Origin: Octopus sinensis
Taxonomy: Eukaryota
Assembly: GCF_006345805.1 (NCBI RefSeq)
Contig: NC_042998.1
Coordinates: 153,760,001 to 153,824,000, forward strand
DNA: 64,000 nucleotides
Direction of reading: 5' to 3'
The number at the start of each line of letters is the position of its first letter. Positions within the stretch are counted from its first letter, which is position 1. Shown here piece after piece: positions 1 through 11,559 of this stretch. Under the pieces are notes generated by a model. It had not been told where the DNA came from. It saw nothing but the letters and a program-made list of their open reading frames with translations, and did not search any database. The translations under genes were made by a program, and so were the position numbers.

Positions 1-1574
1 CCCAACTAATTAGAGAGAGAGTTAGTTTAGATGAGATGCAGTTTGGGTCCGTGCCAGGAAATAGTACCACTGATGCCATATTCCTGGTAAGACAGCTGCA
101 GGAGAAATACCTAGCCAAAGATAAGCCCCTGTCTATGCTGATGACCTTGCTCTAATTGCTGAGTCACTATCAGAACTGGAGGAGAAGTTACAGGTGTGGA
201 AGCAAGGATTAGAATCGAAGGGCCTTAGAGTCAACCTAGCTATAACCAAAGTCCTAATAAGTAGGAAGGTAGACAAGTCACAATGCCTTCAGGTAGATGG
301 CCCTGCTTGATCTGTAGAAAAGGCCTAGGTCGAAACTCTATAAGATGCACCAAATGTAAGCTATGGACACATAAGAGGTGCAGCAATGTCAAAGGAAGGC
401 TAACTAGGAAGATAGCTTTTGTATGTGGCAGATGCTTAGGAGCAATAAACACTGAAAATGCGCAGAGAGCAACTTCCGCCACATTCCAGGGAGAAAAAAT
501 AGAAATAGTTGATAGCTTCCGTTACCTAGGTAACCAAGTCAGTAGCGGGGTCGGGTGTGTTGAAAGTGTAACTGCTAGAGTAAGAATAGCTCTTACCTCT
601 GCTAGTTCAGAGTAAAAGGCAGACTGTATGACACATGTGTACGAACAGCCATGCTACATGGCAGTGAAACATGGGCAGTGACTGCTGAGGATATGCGTAA
701 GCTCGCAAGAAATGAAGCCAGTATGCTCCGATGGATGTGTAATATCAGTGTTCATACTTGACAGAGTGCAAGGACCTTGAGAGAAAAGTTGGACCTAAGA
801 AGCATCAGTTGTGGTGTGCAAGAGAGAGGTTTGTGCTGGTATGGTCAAGTAACGAGAATGGATGAAGATAGTTGTGTGAAAAAGTGCCACACCCTAGCGG
901 TGTGGAAGAGGTAGACCCAAGAAAATCTGGGACGAGGTGGTGAAGCACGACCTTCAAACTTTAGATCTCACTGAGGAAATGACTAGAGACCGAGACCTTT
1001 GGAAGTATGGTGTGCGTGAGAAGACCCGGCAGGACAAGTGAGACCATAACACGTGGCCTCTACCTGGGATGTAGCCAGTCCACTTATGCATACTTTCTTT
1101 CTTGGGACACAAAACTCTACTTGTGAAGACCTGTAGAGGCAAGTGAAAATCAAAATCAAAATCGAATCAATCAACATCAATGGAAATTGTAGCTGTGATA
1201 CTAGTGCCGGTGGCTCATGAGAGAACCTTCCGAACGTGGCCGTTGCCACCGCCGCCCCAACTAGCCTCCGTGCCAGTGGCACGTAAAAAGCACCATCCGA
1301 TTGTGGCCGTTGCCAGCCTCGCCTGGCCTCTGTGCCAGTGGCACGTAAAGAGCACCATCCGATCGTGGTCGTTTTGCCAGCCTCGTCTGGCACCTGTGCC
1401 GATGGCACGTAAAAAGCACCCACTATACCCACAGAGTGGTTGGCGTTAGGAAGGGCATCCAGCCGTAGAAACATTGCCAGATCAGACTGGGCCTGGTGCA
1501 GCCTTCTGGCTTCCCAGACCCCAGTTGAACCGTCCAACCCATGGAAAGCGGACGCTAAACGATGATGATGATGA
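1..1574 (+). mobile_element. RTE-clade LINE, 3' part, decayed and internally deleted; long 3' UTR ending in (GAT)n
   Basis: RT motifs MQFGSVPGNSTTDAIFLVRQLQEKY and YADDLALIAES; Cys-rich domain at 283-460; (GAT)n tail at 1561-1574. Confidence 0.9.
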
Positions 1575-1576
1575 TT

Positions 1577-1595
1577 GATATATATATACACACAC

Positions 1596-1632
<37 letters not shown>

Positions 1633-1787
1633 CACATACATACATATAAATATACACGCATATATATATACATATACACATACATAAATATATACATATA
1701 CATACAGATACATATATATATATACATACACACACACACATATATATATACATACATACACACATATATATATACATACATACACAC

Positions 1788-1834
<47 letters not shown>

Positions 1835-1862
1835 AATACACACACACACACACATATATATA
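1577..1862. repeat. Compound (TA)n/(CA)n microsatellite
   Basis: Direct reading. Confidence 0.95.
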
Positions 1863-2055
1863 CAAGTAGATATGTTTTATATATGATCTTATACTCCTTC
1901 CTGTAACATTAATTAACACATGTGTGCAACACATAGTTACTACATCTGTATGTACTCTTCTAATACTCTCTAATATTTTTGAATAAATAGACACACTGCA
2001 ATAAATAGACACTACAGTAATGTCATTTTGTATCCTTTCCATTTTCTCTTACTTG

Positions 2056-2093
2056 CTATATATATATATATATGTATGTACAATATATATTTA

Positions 2094-2130
<37 letters not shown>

Positions 2131-2153
2131 GTATGTACAATATATATGTATGT

Positions 2154-2197
<44 letters not shown>

Positions 2198-2214
2198 TAT
2201 ATATATATGTACAG

Positions 2215-2248
<34 letters not shown>

Positions 2249-2250
2249 CA

Positions 2251-2283
<33 letters not shown>

Positions 2284-2357
2284 CAATATATATATATATA
2301 CATTATATATATATATATATATGTATGTACAATATATATATATATATATATATACAT

Positions 2358-2393
<36 letters not shown>

Positions 2394-2450
2394 CATATAT
2401 TATACATATATGCACATACATATATATTGTGAATATATATACACATATAT
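2056..2450. repeat. (TA)n array punctuated by a recurring TGTATGTACAA motif
   Basis: Direct reading. Confidence 0.9.
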
Positions 2451-2548
2451 AAGGGCGGTGCCCCAGCATGGCCTCAGCCGGATGGCTGAAATAAGTAAAA
2501 GAGTAAAAGAGTAAAAGAGTATATATGATAATTATATATATGGCAATC

Positions 2549-3347
2549 ACTAGTGATCGAGACCTTTGGAAATATGCTGTGCGTGAGAAGACCCGGCAGG
2601 ACAAGTGAGTCCATCCCTTGCCCTTTGCCAGGGATGTAGCAGCCCATTTAAGCATGCCTTTCCTTTCTTGGACACGCGAAGACCTGTTGAGGCAAGTGAA
2701 GTCGAAATTAAATTCGAAATCGAACATCATCCGACGACTGGCACCCATGCCAACCTCCCTTCATTGGACGCTTGTGAAGACCTGTTGGGGCAAGTGAAAT
2801 CGGAATCGAAATTGAACCAATCCTGTGCAGGTGGCAAGTAAAGAAACACCGATTCGAGCCTGTGCTTGAAGAGGCCTATTGTGTCAAGTACATCAGCATC
2901 AAAAATCAATGGAAATTATAGTTGTGATCCCTGTGCCGGTGGCACGTAAAAAGCACCATCCGAATGTGGCTGATGCCAGTGCCGCCTCGACTGGCTTCTG
3001 TGCCAGTGCTGCCTCGACTGGCTTCTGTGCCAGTGGCACGTAAAAAGTTCCATCCGAACGTGGCCGATGCCAGCTCCGCCTTGACTGGCTTACGCGCCAG
3101 TGGCACGTAAAGAGCACCAATCCGATCGTGGCCATTGCCAGCCTTGCCTGGCACCTGTGCCAGTGGCACGTAGAAAGCACCCACTACACTCACAGAGTGG
3201 TTGGCATTAGGAAGGGCATCCAGCTGTAGAAACACTGCCAGATCAGACTGGAGCTTGGTGCAGCCTTCTGGCTTCCCAGATCCCGGTCGAACCATCCAAC
3301 CCATGCTAGCATGGAAAACGGACGTTAAACGATGATGATGATGATGA
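2549..3347 (+). mobile_element. RTE 3'-UTR copy with (GAT)n tail
   Basis: Homologous to 985-1574; internal GTGCCAGTGGCACGTAAAAAGCACC repeats. Confidence 0.85.
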
Positions 3348-3383
3348 ATTAGATGATAATTATATGTATATAATAATATATAT

Positions 3384-3432
<49 letters not shown>

Positions 3433-3989
3433 TTTCTTCTTTTTTTGCTTGGACACTGGCTTTTAACAATAGGTTTTCCTTTATCTTGAAAAGTAATTTT
3501 TAATCGAAAAAATTTCTAAACGTTGGACTTTTATCTTACCTTATATATCATTTATTTATATGTTTCCTATATATATGTATTTTTATATACTTATTTATTT
3601 ATTTATATTTTTATATATTTATTATTCTAGATGCTATAATGTTAAAATATATATTTTTTTAGTCGTTAAAGTATTAATCATTAATTTTTAACCGCGATAG
3701 ACTGTGTTCACACATTTTTCTTATATGCTTGTATTGATGAGTTGTGTTTCATATTCCGTGATTTTATACATGTATATTCTATGTGAAAGAAAAGGCATTA
3801 TGTGATTAAATGTTTGAGTTATGAAATGTTACGTGGATGACCTTTTATTTGTTTGTTCTGCAACCATAGTTTAATATATTTGTCTCATTTCATTAAGCAG
3901 TTCTATAGCAGTCCTATTAAACATTTTGTTCCTGATAAGAAACAATCACTTTATTACTGATATATATATATATATATATACGCACACAT

Positions 3990-4388
3990 ATTCTTTTACT
4001 TGTTTCAGTCATTTGACTGTGGACATGTTGGAGCATCACCTTTAGTCGAGCAAATCAACCCCAGGACTTATTCTTTGTAAGCCTAGTACTTATTCTGTTG
4101 GTCTCTTTTGCCGAACCGCTAAGTTAAGGGGATGTAAACACACCAGCATCGGTTGTCAAGCGATGTTGGGGGGACAAACACAGCCACACAAACATATACA
4201 CACACATGCTTATATACATATATATGATGGGCTTCTTTCAGTTTCTGTCTACCAAATCCGCTCACAAGGTGTTGGTTGGCCCGAGGCTATAATAGAAGAC
4301 ACATGCCCAAGGTGCCATGCAGTGGGACTGAACCCAGAACCATGTGGTTCGTAAGCAAGCTACTTACCACACAGCCACTCTTATGCCT
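3990..4388 (-). mobile_element. tRNA-derived CORE-like SINE (family A)
   Basis: Reverse complement of the full copy at 23662-24055. Confidence 0.85.
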
Positions 4389-4508
4389 ACATATATATTA
4401 TATATATGTAGGCATTATATATATTATATATATGTAGGCCAGCATGGCCGCGGCCTTCAGGCTAAAACATTTTTAAGGATTTATATACACACACACATAT
4501 ACATTATA

Positions 4509-6125
4509 CTAGCAGAGATACTCGGCGTTGCCTGTGTTACATACAATTGAAGAATTAGACTTTTCTGTTATATTTTCTGTAATGAACTGGAATATCTATG
4601 TTTTGAATTTCATCAAAATTGCAGATGAGGATTATTTCCCTCTTTACACATCCCCAAAAAATTGTAATCGTGCCACATGTATCCTATAGTACTGATTTTT
4701 ATGTGCATATTCCAAAATTCCAGTCTTATTGAACCTGTTAAAAAGATTTTGCTCCTGAAAAATGAAGGTCATGGAGCTCCAGAATGTGAGAGTTAAGGCC
4801 CCTGTTGGGGGTGGGCATCTTAATGTCAACCAGAGAAGTTGAATTGTTGAGAATCTTTTTAACTTGGGTCTTAAATCTATTGTTTGAATTTCTTTGAAAT
4901 AGGAAATATATGTTCACTGGGTTTGTAAACGAGAGCAAAGCTACAGGAAACCAAAAAACGAATGATCACAACAAGCAGTCAGCTACCCTAACCAATGTAG
5001 GATTCCTCACCATCCAGGTGACAGGCACAGCTGTAAGATGCATTACGAATCTATAGCAATTGGAAGGACGTGACCCACCTGAAATAAACATTAACAACTG
5101 TGTGATGTGAGGGCTAAGGAGAAATGAAAGTTGGAGTTTGGAGATGACCACTATACTGATATGTAACTGAACAGAATAAATATACAATCTATAAATGTCT
5201 TTGAATAACCAGTCACTCATCTGGGAAGGCCTTGAAATCAATGTTACCATGTGGGGACTATGTGTGACCTAGTTATAATAAAAAGACTGAAAAGAGGTCT
5301 GCAATCAAATAACTTTACTTAACACTTTGTAACTGAATCAGTGGAGGAAAAGATACCTCTCATTTACCTGACAATTTATGCACCACAATGCAGAAATCAC
5401 AATCTAAGAGTATGTCAAAGCAAACTGTTACACTGTTGTACCATTGAATTACAAATAATGCTCATCTTTTATGCTCGGGTAACCCTACAGCTTCCAAGAG
5501 CACAACTGTATTCTTTCTTTCTTAGATAAAATGACAAAATTGTGGGTGTTAAGTCCCCATGGAGGGGTCTTTCTAACTTGTAAGAAGATGAAATTTTATA
5601 AATATTACTTCATTTGTGTCTAATATCTATGGTTAAAATTTCATCAACAGCAAAAATATATGAATTGTCATGGGGGTTATGGCCCTTATGCATAGAATAT
5701 AATTTCCAAATTTCATAAAGATCCATTCATTACTTTTGACCTAGTTTCGAATCATAAAAGAAATGACTAAAATTTGGGAGTTAAGGCACCCATTAGGGTG
5801 TTATAAATATATATATATCGAGAGAGAGAGAGAGATAGGTATAGACACACACACACATACAAAGATAAATTGATAGATACAACTTAGTGGGCAAACAAAA
5901 ATATGAGACACAGCCTAATGCTTTTTTTACGTTGATAAGCCTGGTACTTATTCTATTACTTTGTTCTTTTGAAACCAGTAAGTTATGGGGATGTAAATAA
6001 ATGAACAACAGTTGTGAAGCAGTGATGAGGGCAAAACACAGAGACAAAGACACACACATACACTTACATATATACATACATATATATACGATTAATTTGT
6101 TTCAGTTCCTGTCTACGAAATCCAA

Positions 6126-6196
<71 letters not shown>

Positions 6197-6581
6197 GATA
6201 AATTGATAGATGCAACTGAGTGGGCAAACAAAAATATGAGACACTGCCTAGTGCTTTTTTTTTATTTTGATAAGCCTGCTACTTATTCTATCAGTTTCTT
6301 CTTGCGAAACCAGTAAGTTATGGGGATGTAAACAAACGAATACCAGTTGTGAAGCAGTGATGAGGGAGAAACACAAAGACACACACATAGACTTACATAT
6401 ATACATACATATATATACAATTGATTTCTGTCAGTTTCTGTGTACAAAACCCACTGACAAGGCCTTGGTTGGTCTGAGACTATAGCAGAAGACACATGCC
6501 AAGTTACCACACAGTGGGACTGAACTGAGGACCATGTGTTTTGGAACCAAGTTTGTTACCACACAGCCACACCTGCACCTA

Positions 6582-6626
<45 letters not shown>

Positions 6627-7177
6627 GTAAATTTAAATTTAAAATAAGGGTGAAAAATTGAATATTGATATGTTTAATATGAATTGAAAACCAGCAATGT
6701 AGCATATAAGACCATGGCGGATCTTCTTCTAGCAAAATGGATGTCCACTGTTAATGGTTCATCCCTGTTATATAATAGTTTGAGTATTAAACTGAAAGCA
6801 TCTGACATTAGAATAGAGAGATGTTTTTGTTTCACTTTTAACATGTAATACTGAAATAGTGGAGAAGATATGATATTGCAGTGGGCAAGAAGTTAAAAAT
6901 TGTTTTTGCCCATGACACTACATGGACCCTAAGTAAGGCATGTGTAAAATTTGAATGAAACTGGTTGTGTAGTTCTCAAGTTTTAGGGAATTGTAGTGGA
7001 GAAGATATGATATTGCTGTGGGCTCGCCCTAGGCAAAAAGTTCAAAACTTCTTTTGCCGATGACATTCCCCGGACCCTAAGTAAGGCATGTGTAAAATTT
7101 GAATGGAATTGGTTGTGTAGTTCTCAAGTTTTAGGGATTCACACAGACAGACAGACATTCTTAGTTTTATATATAGA
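4509..7177 (-). mobile_element. Candidate non-autonomous Helitron, with nested SINE pieces at about 5920-6580
   Basis: 5' A|TC-TATATATAAAACT...(GTCT)n at 7177; first ~400 bp shared with 29130-29520; 3' degenerate GGCAACGCC hairpin and CTAG|T at 4509-4512. Pairing these two ends is inference. Confidence 0.5.
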
Positions 7178-7238
7178 TATATATACACACATATATATTA
7201 TATATATACACACACACAAACATATATAAATATATATA

Positions 7239-8810
7239 CTAGCTGGGCCTGTGAAAAATTCACGGAATACATAAAAAATGTAAGCATCAGTAAACAGTGT
7301 ACTGGTGGCATGAGAAATGTTGGCATATTATGACTGTCTGTTTTTACGTTCTGAGTTCAAATTCTGCCGAGGTCGACTTTACCTTTCAGGTTCAGTAAAT
7401 TAAGTACCAGTTGTGTACTGGGATCGATCTAATCAACTGGGCTCCTCACCACAAAAATTTCAGGCCTAGAAATTATATTGTGACAGTTACAGAATATAGA
7501 AATTAATGTAATGACTATATAATCCAACCAAAATATCTCAGCTACACAGACATAAACAGAATTACTATTTAACCTTAAAATACATCATACATATTCAAAG
7601 AACCTTCTTGGTTTAGTGGTACGGAACGTTTTTCTGGTATTCTTTTATTCATTTACTTGCTTCAGTCATTTGATGGTGGCTATGCTGGTCACCACTCTTT
7701 AGTCGAAGAAATTGACCCCTGGACTTATTCCCTGAAAGCCTGGTTCTTATTCTATCAGTCTCTTCTGCTGAACAGCTAAATTACAGGGACACAAATGCAT
7801 CAACATCAGTTGTCAAGCAATGGTGGTGGTGAGACAAACACAGACACAAACACACACATACGTATAAATGACGGGCTTGGAGGTAGTGGTGATGCTAGCT
7901 GGTGCAATTATGTGGTTTACTGGTATGCTGAGAGAGATCCAGTGGGCCCCTAACTGGTTCCCCGATCTTGAAGGAGTAATGTGGATGTGTAATGATGGAG
8001 TGGCTGGTGTGGTGGTGATGCTAGCTGGGGCGGTGGTCTTCCTCACAGTACTTCATGGTAGACAATATTTTGTGCGTATGTCACACCACATTTTTGACCT
8101 TGTCTGTTATCGTAATTGAGTGCCATAACTCTTACTTTGATATTATTCATAGCTTGTGCTCTTGAAAATGCGACATATAATTGGCTTTGAGAAAATACCG
8201 GTTGAGGTAAATGTATTCCAACTTTTTCAAGTGTTTGCCCTTGAGCCTTATTAATTGACATTGAATATGCAAGTCGAAGTGGAAACTGAAGTCTGTTTAG
8301 CGTGAATGGAATATTTGCATCACTTGGGCTAAGTTTAACTCTGGGAATTAGAACTGTACAACCTCTGTTGGAGCCTGTTACCAATGATGCCTCTACATGA
8401 AGTCTTTGTGCTTCCATGTGAGTTCCATTACATAATCCTTGACTGATCAAAAGACTTCTTAGCAGCATTACAATAGCCCCTACTTTTAAGTTCAGGTGAT
8501 GAGGAGGCATACCGGATTGAGTGAGTTTATGAATTCAAATGTATAGTTCTGAACCTCCTCTTCATTATTGCAGGACACTGAATCTGTGTTTAAGTACGTT
8601 TTAAGTGCCTCTGGTATAACATTAAGAACTTTTTCATTTATTGCAAGACAGACATAATTTTTAGGAGATGAAGTTACTTGCTTTCCATTTCTTCTGGCGC
8701 ACAGATGTTGAAAATTTCTGGGTACAAATGTACAAGTTGAAATGCAGAAGAAGAAAATAATAAATGGATTTATGAATGAAAGTTTGGTAATTGCGTTTAT
8801 TTCCACCATG
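7239..8810 (-). mobile_element. Helitron remnant: PIF1-type helicase C-terminus and 3' end
   Basis: ORF 8043-8510 with LNLKVGAIVMLLR, GLCNGT, RLQFPLRLAYSMSINKAQGQT, QLYVAFSR; hairpin at 7248-7265; CTAG|T at 7239-7242. Confidence 0.88.
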
Positions 8811-9353
8811 CAACACTTATTATTGCAAACATGTTTTAACTAACCTACACTATACACACATACAAATACATTCATATATATATATATATGTCTTGAGTTG
8901 TAGCTGTAATTCAAACGGGTCACCCATGTCATATTCAGTGTGAGGTTGAAACTCCCTGAGAACTATGTTAATGTTATGCATGTCTGTGGAGTACTCAGCC
9001 ATTTGTGAGTAACTTTTATCCTCGTGTGGTAATGAAAAGTAAAATTGACAGCCAATATTTGCTGTGTCTATATATCTGTGAACTTTTCTTTGAATTTATG
9101 TGTCTACTGTCTTCCCCACTTTCTGTCTATTTCTTTCACTTTCTTTGTGTCACTCAAGTATTTAAAAACACAAAACAAACAGTCATCACTCACTGTCTCT
9201 TTCACTATCTCTCTTTCTTTCTCTCTTACTTCATCTCTTTAGCTTTGCCACTTCAAAGTGTGACACACACAACAGGTACGTACAAAAACAAAAAGTTAGC
9301 TTATCAATATCATTGATATATTATATATATATATATATATATATGTACTATAT

Positions 9354-9407
<54 letters not shown>

Positions 9408-9455
9408 CGGAAGTGGCAGCATATCAAAATACCTATAAAGGTTAAAATTATAAAG

Positions 9456-9675
9456 AACTTATAAACAAGGGCAATAGAAAAATTATTTCAAAACCGATAT
9501 GCTGAGAACAGACTTTAAATTGTCAATTTCCAAATTTATAATATACATTCCTCAATTTCAGCACGACGTGTATCTGTAGTGAATGTATATTATAAATGTG
9601 GAAATTGATGATTTAAAGTCTGTTCTCAGCATATTGGCATTGAAATAATTTTCCTATTGCCCTTGTTTATAAGTT
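9456..9675. repeat. Fold-back: 95-bp inverted arms, 30-nt loop
   Basis: 9456-9550 is about 90% reverse-complementary to 9581-9675. Confidence 0.92.
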
Positions 9676-9682
9676 ATATAGT

Positions 9683-9730
<48 letters not shown>

Positions 9731-9733
<3 letters not shown>

Positions 9734-9905
9734 TTGGCGATCGCCATCATCGACTGCTGGTCACTAAAGTTTTTTATTTGCTCTCTGTTTATTTTCTTGT
9801 CTTCCTTTCTGCTGAAGAGTGTAGGCTCGAAACGTGAAACACTTTTTCACCTTCCCAAGTGCTAAACACACCTGTTTTCATCTTTTGTTTCTTTGTAAAT
9901 TCTAA
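9731..9905 (+). mobile_element. Penelope-like pseudo-LTR fragment with a minimal hammerhead motif
   Basis: CTGAAGA-G-TGTAGGCT-C-GAA-ACGT at 9812-9835; flanked by (TA)n. Confidence 0.6.
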
Positions 9906-10160
9906 CTATATATATATTTACTATATATATATACACATTAGAGAACCACCACGTAGCAATTCAACAATGATATACTTAAATCATACCATATAGAAAAATT
10001 AAAGATACGATAAAACATTTACCTAGAACTAAATAAATAAATGAAGTTTGGAATCATATTCCCTAATATTATTATTATTATATATATATATATATATGTC
10101 TAATACACAAACACACATATACACATATATTCATTATATATGTATAATATATATCTAAAA

Positions 10161-10500
10161 GCACAGGAGTAGCTTGCTTATCAGCCACAGAGTTCCAGGT
10201 TCAGTCCCACTGCGTGGCACCTTTGGCAAGTATCTTCTACTGTAGTCTCGAGCTGACCAAACCCTTGGGAGTGGATTTGGTAGATGGAAACTGAAAGAAG
10301 CCCGTTGTGTATATATGCGTATGTATATGTTTGGCCCCACTAACATCGCTGTTGGTCCCTGTAACTTAGCGTGTTTATGTCTCTGTAACTTAGCGGTTCG
10401 GCAAAAGAATAAGTCCAGTGGTTGATTTCTTCAACTAAAGGTGATGCTCCAGCATAGCAGTAATCAAATGACTGAAAGAAAAAAAGAATAAAAGTAAAGA
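10161..10500 (+). mobile_element. SINE family A
   Basis: Homologous to 23662-24055. Confidence 0.85.
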
Positions 10501-10543
10501 AGAGAAGAATATATATATTATATGTTTATTATATATATATATG

Positions 10544-10830
10544 TGAAGGCGCATGGCTTCGTGGTTATGGTGTTGCACTTATGATTGCGAGATAGTGGGT
10601 TCGATTCTCATATTGGGCATTGCGTTGTTTTCTTGAGTAAAGCACTTTATTTCATGTTGATGTGCAATCATTCCGACAGCTCACATGTGTTACCCAGTTG
10701 TACCTGTACAGGTATTGCCAATTTGACGGAAGGAGTGAGCTTATGTCTACACAAACATTTGATCACTACAAACAAATCTGTGTGATTGTTTCGTAAGATA
10801 TTGTCGAACCTTTGTACGTTGTCTAACGAT
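10544..10830 (+). mobile_element. tRNA-derived SINE (family B)
   Basis: A-box-like TGGCTTCGTGGTT and B-box GGTTCGATTCT. Confidence 0.65.
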
Positions 10831-10887
10831 GGGAGACTCCATTATTATAAATATATATATATATAAATATATATATTTAAATACAAA

Positions 10888-11205
10888 TAGTTACAGAGGT
10901 ATCAAGTTGTTGGATCAAGTAATGAAGGTCATGGAGAGTGTCATAGCCCAACTAATTACAGAGAGAGTCAGTATAGATAAGATGCAGTTTGGGTTCGTGC
11001 CAGGGAAAAGCACCACTGATGCTATATTACTCATAAGACAGCTTCAGGAGAAATACCTAGGCAAAGATAAACCTCTGTACCTGGCTTTCGTTGACATGGA
11101 GAAAGCCTTTGACAGGGTCCCCCGATCCCTTATCTGGTGGTCAATGAGGAAACTAGGGATAGATGAATGGTTAGTGAGAGCTGTGCAAGCCATGTACAGG
11201 GGTGC
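10888..11205 (+). mobile_element. RTE LINE reverse-transcriptase fragment
   Basis: YRGIKLL...MQFGFVPGKSTTDAI...LAFVDMEKAFDRVPR. Confidence 0.92.
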
Positions 11206-11309
11206 TGCACATTGCCATCATCTTTGTGATATGTGGAATGAGTCATTGTTACTTACTGTACTTGACTCTGGGATTGTTGCCCTTTTTGGTCCAAAGTGGG
11301 CACTAGCTA

Positions 11310-11430
11310 GCTGATAGTGGAGTGTTTGAAATTCACCTGCATTAAATTGCAGATTGTTTTCTTCAGCCCATTTATACATGGCATCTAGGTCTTTCTGTAG
11401 ATGATTACCATCGATGTGGTCAATCCTGGA
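11310..11430 (-). mobile_element. CR1/L2-type RT fragment
   Basis: LQKDLDAMYKWAEENNLQFN resembles the LQxDLxxLxxWxxxNxLxFN motif. Confidence 0.65.
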
Positions 11431-11559
11431 AGCAAAGAAGCGATTGACCAACGACTTCCAAGCCACAAATAATGACATCCTAGTGTTGTATAGGCTCTGC
11501 AAGGATCATAAAGTGATCACTGATCTGGTGATAGGGCCACCAACAAAACCAGTTTGCAG

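Noticed and set aside
983-2748. Long Y/I/C/V/M-rich ORFs (up to 290 aa), also near 23-24 kb, 30.3 kb and 56.2 kb
   Set aside because: Translations of (TA)n/(CA)n microsatellites; no coding signal.
4738-4938. ORF ...RNSNNRFKTQVKKILNNSTS... as the HR1 exon of the F-BAR gene
   Set aside because: No EDFSxLPPxQRxKKL-like motif and no donor; HR1 and SH3 exons were not found in this window.
5368-5403. 36-nt AG/GT-flanked in-frame segment (IVISALWCINCQ)
   Set aside because: Weak acceptor context and no family similarity; chance occurrence likely.
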